Source: Folioceros fuciformis (taxonomy: Eukaryota). Taken from it: 38,742 nucleotides of DNA. Below the pieces are notes generated by a model, which ran no database searches, was not told where the DNA came from, and worked only from the letters and a program-made list of their open reading frames with translations. This document shows, one piece after another, positions 32,784-38,742 of this stretch. The position numbers and the translations under genes are program-made. The stretch spans positions 7,001 through 45,742 of the forward strand of contig JBNGIO010006239.1 of assembly GCA_049999805.1 (NCBI GenBank), written 5' to 3'. Positions within the stretch are counted from its first letter, which is position 1. Each line of letters begins with the position of its first letter.

Positions 32784-34066
32784 GTACCGAAACCTCGTAG
32801 ATCTAAAGGCAGTCTAGACAATAGTTTTTATTTCGAGCCGAGGATGTTGAAGGTTTTTACTCCTTGAAATCTTCTCCTTGCTACTTCCACTTCGAAATCG
32901 CAGGGCCAGTTCCGGCCCTAATCGGGTGACGTCAACCTCACTCGTGTTTCTCAAGTAAAGGAGGCCCTTGCCTCTCACGCTAAGAAAATACCGCGATTAT
33001 CTTCATTCTTATTAAAGATGCATGTTGGCCCTTTATGTTTGAATCACGTGTTTGAAGGCAAACCTCATAGCCATATTGTCTCCGTTGTTGAAAAACATGT
33101 GGCCATATATTCTACTTGTTGAGAGGACAAAGTCATAGTAAGTAGACAACTAGTACTTCATCAAATGATAGCCCACCTAACATAGAAACATCATTTGGAA
33201 GACTTGTACCCATTCACATCTTCAACCTAATTTTTAATCACAAAATCAAATTTAATATATTTTGGAGTTTATGTGAAAGACACATCATGCCTGCTATAAA
33301 GCTTCACATACTATATGACATCTAGAGCTAACATGGGAGGCCCAAGATTTGAGATCCAAGTTATGGTGCAAGTTATGAACATTGAATGCAAGATAACAAT
33401 TCTGATATCTTATACATTGGTTGCACAAGGTTGGAGGATATTGATTGTGTACCTCTATTCCATTTAAAATATTCTTTCCACCAAGTGAGTTAGATGATGT
33501 ATAACACATCTAGTGTACAACATATCATGATGCTTCAAATGTGGCAACTTGTATGGATATCCTGCCAGTGTACTCATAGCTTGCTTTTCTTGTTGTCACT
33601 GGTATGACCAATTTGTACCATGAAGTACTGAAGGGCAAAATAGTTTATTCTCGAACGGATATTTCTTTTCCTACCGTGCGGACTGGATACCAACAACGGG
33701 TAACACGGTGTGATACCATGCTGATGTGCCAGCAACTTGTCATGACAGCGGACGACTCAATTTCCATTTTGGGAAGACGGCCTAGACGAGGTGGGGTTCC
33801 GGTCCTAATACCTCACGCGTGCGAATTGCATGCCAATTTTTTCTTATCAATGGAGCTGCACCCAGTCCAAGGGAATGTCACGGGACCTCTTTCGCTTCTC
33901 TGCGCCGCATACGCCACACCAGTGCCACAAGCTAGTGTGGACCACTGCAGATGATAATGGTCTAGAATTGTGCGTGTCGTTGTCTCCATTCTTCATAGGA
34001 GTCCATCTGCACTTGTACAGCCCTGACGTGGGCTTAAAATTACCTGAGCAATTGGAGTGCCATCCT

Positions 34067-36172
34067 TCATTTCGTAGCCACTGTTGGCGAGGTTGCCATT
34101 GGTTCGGTTTGAAATAAGTACCTCAACAAACAACCCACAACAGCTATACTGAGGCTGTTTCCGAGTAGAGCATACCTACACATGAAGAATTCCCATTGTT
34201 CAGTCACTGTTACCAATGGTAAGCATAAGAGGACGTCATTGACGAGCCACTCGCAACCTTCAGTACCTTTGCTTCAAAGTCACATGATTTGGAAACATGA
34301 ACTTTGCAGGGAAAGAATGGAGATTGGCCACCTGTAGTATCAGTATCATGCAGTCTGAGTCACAAGCATTCCTCCCAAGTACAGGAAACCATTGCACTTG
34401 AATAGTGACAGAACATACCTCCCGAGGAGTAAAATATCTAAGCTCTAAGTCTGATAAACGCATTCCAGAGGATCCCGTCGACAGGCTTGCCACTTGAGAC
34501 TCTGACGCCTGCAACGAACTCTTGTTATATAAGAAAATGTGATAGTTATGACATGAAGACCAGAATCTAGTCTTACAACAAGGGACAGCGGCGACTCCAG
34601 TGAAACCTACCTTCATTGCCAAAAAGGATCCAGTGCCCTTAGCAAACCGAAAGTAGCTTTTTGTAAAGCAGCAGCAACGTCTTGACTCGGGGCAAACAAT
34701 GTCTAGCTCAACATTTTTCAAACAGCACGAGTTAGCAACGTGAGAAAAGAATGCAGCAACTACAAGAACAAAATAAGTTCTCAAGGTTTAGAAAGGTACC
34801 AAAAACGTCACCCCAACGGTCGATTGTGCTGGCAGGCACAACATAGTCTTTCCATTTATTCAACATGGTCGATGTATTGCTGGCACAACTTGCCTCACAT
34901 ACTTCAATTAAACTTTTACTGCATGCATGTGCTACAGTAACTGGCTCATAAGTGCACGATGTTTGCACATCTTCAGTAGGCTCCAGCTCTAGAAAATGGC
35001 TGATAGGTTGGCAAATAACAGTCGGATCTAGCACTGGTTCATTCATGGTCCTCGGTTGAATACCGGGCTTGTACGGTGCTTGAGACGTCTTGTCCGTGCA
35101 ACGTAGGCACTCTGCAGCATCTGGGAGTACGGGTCCAGGTCTACAAAGTAGGCTCCCGTTCAGTTCCAAGTGTGCAAATGGTAGTGTCTCTCTTTTTGCC
35201 TGCGCAGGTTCACAAAGCACATCGATTCACTTTACCTGAGATGAAATGCCACAACACATAAATCAATGCAGGAATACTGGAGATGCACAGTACCAGACAG
35301 AAGTAGCGAGGTCTGGAATAAGGAATGCCGAACTGGAGAGGACTCAGGATGAACTCCTGAATTTGAAAACCAGCTCTCCTTAGCACGCCCCATAAGCAAG
35401 CATGAGTGACTGAGCGCTGTCAGACAGAACAAATAGGATCAGTCACTTTTCACCTCCTGGTTATGGCTCAAACCCACCCCTTACATGAATGGATCTGCTG
35501 TCACCTCAAAGCCCACAACATTCTCTACGAAAATATATGCAGGAGGTGATGCCATCTCAGCCAGCATCTCCAAAAGCTGTAAAAAAGAAGAAGCCCTGCA
35601 ATCGTCTACGTCTTTTCGCAAGCCTGCAAACCTACAGAAATCCAATGAGAGGTTTTCATTTCCCCGCAGACTTCTTCCTCTTTGGAAAGCAATATCAACG
35701 CATCATGTAAGGACTGGTTCTCACCTTGCCGAGTATATGGCTGACAAGGAGGAGACAAAAGCCAAGCATCCCCCTCGTAGTTATCCAGTTGTTGCGCAGT
35801 TAACCTTTGGATGTTTCCCTACAAGACAGAAGAGCAAGTCAATCGGTGCTGAACAACAAGACCTCTTGGTAGCTGGACGACACCGAGAATGCTGACATCA
35901 GAAACCTGGTTTGGCCGGTGGCCAAAGTTATGCTCATACACATCGTTGGCCACATCATTGATATCAAATGCCTCCGCCACAAACGCAGGCACACCTGCGT
36001 ACTCCAGCGAATACCTCTGCAAATGCAGTCTCATGTCAGCTGTTGTGGAATGCTAGGATGCTTTACAAAATCCTGCAGCAGCATGTCATTCACTTGCCAG
36101 TCCGCCGATTCCACTGTAAAATTCCAACACCCTGATGACAGGACCGTCCGATTCACTACCCGTTGAACCCAT
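34067..36172 (-). CDS. DNMT2: tRNA (cytosine-38-C5) methyltransferase DNMT2/TRDMT1, multi-exon
   Basis: [12 protein letters not shown] (motif I), [11 protein letters not shown] (IV), FVENVVGFE (VI), [10 protein letters not shown] (VIII), DNMT2-specific [14 protein letters not shown] and LLGNSLS (X). Confidence 0.96.
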
Positions 36173-36225
36173 GGTGCCAGGGACTGACCCCTGACTGAGC
36201 AAGGCACCAAGCCACAGAAATGACG

Positions 36226-36722
36226 TCGCGAACAGCGGTCACCAAGGTAACCTGGTAGCTGCGGGCCAGGAGAATGGGAGCGTTGGTGGAGTTCTTTGCT
36301 CCCCGGTGAGTAAGTGAGTGAGAGTTGCCAATACACACTGGCACGAAGACGAAGAAAAATTCTATTCAGGTCCACTAAGGACGGATTTTGGCAAGGATGG
36401 GGTTGGATTACTTAAGTAAGGGTCTCGACGGGACTGTGTAGGGCTGTGGACGGCGGATGGTAGATTCACCGCATTAAATTGTTCTGGCTGTAGGCTGATC
36501 TAGGTTGAATTCGGAATCTTGCCCTAATCTGAGGTTTCGAGGAAATGGTGAAACTCAGACAGAATTTTGATGTGAACAGCATTTCTAAATGATGGCGTGC
36601 AAGTGGATTCAAGAATACCCAGTCTGTTCTGATCGTCAAGGTAAGAGTTATGGAGCTCGTCGCTGCTTGGGGCTGTCAGGTGGATTTTGCAGAGAGCTAC
36701 TGGTTTCGTTGCCTTTGTCACC
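36226..36722 (+). pseudogene. Decayed partial duplicate of the 5' part of the PDI gene
   Basis: Colinear similarity to 30390-30430, 30640-30920 and 31000-31118 (5' flank, end of exon 1 GALVEFFAP, intron 1, end of exon 2, intron 2), with internal deletions removing the ATG and CGHC. Confidence 0.9.
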
Positions 36723-38742
36723 AGGGTGTCATTTTCACCGAGTACTAGCTCAGTCCCCGGGACTGCCTAGCCTGGCTACGCTTGGTCCCGGACCGAGCAG
36801 GGACCCTGCCTTTTCGCTACCCTTGGTCACTAAATCTAATAAATATTAAATAAATAATTTATATATAATAATATAAAAATACAGAATATTTAGTATATTC
36901 TATTGTAGGGCTGGTCTTTCCCAGCTTTAAAAATACCATTCCAATCTATCACTTTAACGAAGGGACCATTGATGGATATACTCATCAATGATCAAGGGTC
37001 AGAATATTAAGATTAGTTCTCATATTATTCATCACAAAGTTTTGTTTAGAAAATCCTTGGTCACATATAGCAGTACTACAAGATATAAGCAAACATAATT
37101 CCTAAAGACATAACATAGAGGGTGTTAGTATTACCTACTCCCCAGTTGTTAAGTATATTTTGTAAGCTGCTAATATACTCAATCCAGCACAAGAAGACTT
37201 CAAGATCAACACAAATGTTAGCAACTCAACTTGACACACTTCATCAACTACAATAGGGTCAACAACATTAGTATTTGTATCCAAAGAGTTAGTGCCAAAC
37301 TTTTTCAATAAAACCTCTAACAAACAATTAACTAACTATACACGCCCATCTGCATCTTCAGATAAAATTTAGGACTAAATAGATGACAAGCATGCAACAC
37401 ATGAGGATAAGGAAACTTATTATTCATTGCATCAACAATAGCTAAAGCATATTTGTTAGCACTAATAATACAATAACTTAGTTCGGTTTCAAAGTAGTCA
37501 GATATTACAAAACCCTCATATACTCCATGACTGTTTTTTCAAGTTTTCAATGAAAGAGAAATGCTTTCTACTTCCCATACTCATTCTATCAATTTTATAC
37601 ATGCTTTTGACCTGTTCAATAATAGAATCTATGAGCGGAGGTATGCTAACTAGCTCCAGATAATCACGTTGAAAGTTAGTATTCAAGGTATTAAGGACCT
37701 CTAAAATATCTAATAAAAAGTGAAATGAAAATAAGGCCTTAGTAGTTAGTAAAGCTTGGAAGATAGTTTTCCCCTACAAAGAAGAAGAACTGCTTGGACC
37801 CTTATTGGCTTTTGGCCAATTTAGGCTCTCATATTCTTGAGCAAATTTAAGTAAAGCTGGTAATAGACAAACTATTCTACTCATGGCTTGACCTCTAGAC
37901 AACCAACAGACATCATGAATTCCTGATACAGTTAAGACTTGCATTTCTTATCGCACTTGCAAATTACGCAAAGCCGTAGTCTTCTTACTTGAATGATGAA
38001 GAGCAGCGTACAATTTCTTGACAATCTTGTTCGCCACCTCAAAGTCGGGAACCTTGGATGCTGCCTCTGCAACTTCAAGCGATGTACGATGAACAACACA
38101 ATGAGTTTGAGCAAAATACGGATTCACATTACGCATAAACTTCACAACATTGTGATCTCCTTGGCCTTTGCCCTTGCCAATCATGACTGATGCTCCATCA
38201 CTTGCAAATCCACTCATTTTTATTATGTCTAAATCAAAAAGTTGCAATTGCTCAACCAAGGCGTTGAAGATCGCTTCTGCACGTACACTTGTTATGTTGG
38301 CTAGCTTCAAAAACTTCGTTCATACCGTCCTATTATACAAATAATACGGATAAATAATTATGTGTTGCATCATCGCCTTGTCTTTCCCCTTATCTATAAG
38401 TATCCCACACCATGGACTTGCACGCAACCTCTCCTTCTATTGTTCGCGTTAAAAATGGGTTGTGAGAACCATATGCTCCTTGCAAGCACTATCCGCAAGA
38501 TATGAACCATAGGTCTTCACCTCTGGAATGCCTTCTACTCCGATATCCCCCATGAACTCACAAAGGTCCTCGTACAAGTAGAAACTCAAATCCTTCTTAG
38601 CAATGAAATAAGTGAACTTCAACAAGTTGAGAATCTCCTTATCCTTTTTGGAAAATGCATTTCCAAAGTTTGTTGCATGGTTGGTTGTTGAGCCTTGGCT
38701 GGGGCTTGCTCCATCTTCAGTAACGCTAAATGATATGTACTC
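36722..38742 (-). mobile_element. Degenerate hAT DNA transposon (ZNF862-like transposase), continuing beyond the window
   Basis: Minus-strand SDGASVMIG, THCVVHRTSL (CxxH), VCWLSRGQA (RW-motif variant) and FHFLLDILEVL, with many stops. Probable terminus CAGGGTGTCATTTT at 36722 followed by GTCCC/GGGAC subterminal motifs. Confidence 0.85.

Noticed and set aside
33060-33600. AT-rich stretch between PDI and DNMT2 with short ORFs
   Set aside because: No recognisable motifs, termini or repeats; cannot be supported as a feature.

Overview
Gene-dense nuclear DNA from a land plant. Short (~80-130 nt) introns, GC-rich genes and an algal-type P450 suggest a non-seed plant, possibly a hornwort (inference only). 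The window has four 100-N scaffold gaps. From left to right it contains: a dead Ty1/copia element whose integrase block is inverted; an 8-exon cytochrome P450; tRNA-Ala(UGC); a U4 snRNA gene with USE/TATA promoter; a 20-bp minisatellite; cytosolic aspartyl-tRNA synthetase (-); an intronless PEX1 (+); an intron-containing tRNA-Met(e) (-); an LMBR1-domain membrane protein; an AXY9-like O-acetylation protein; a Harbinger-transposase-derived gene lacking the catalytic Glu; an AT-rich island with a BTB/POZ gene; a BPA1-like RRM gene; PDIL2-1/PDI11; DNMT2 (GC-AG first intron); a decayed copy of the PDI 5' end lying in the DNMT2 promoter; and a dead hAT transposon. The most striking unexplained element is a ~245-nt, almost fully base-paired non-coding segment (17021-17264). 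It lies directly downstream of and in the same sense as tRNA-Met, is closed by a 9-bp terminal helix and ends in a T4 tract. It is a candidate tRNA-linked (dicistronic) Pol III structured RNA that I cannot assign to a known family.
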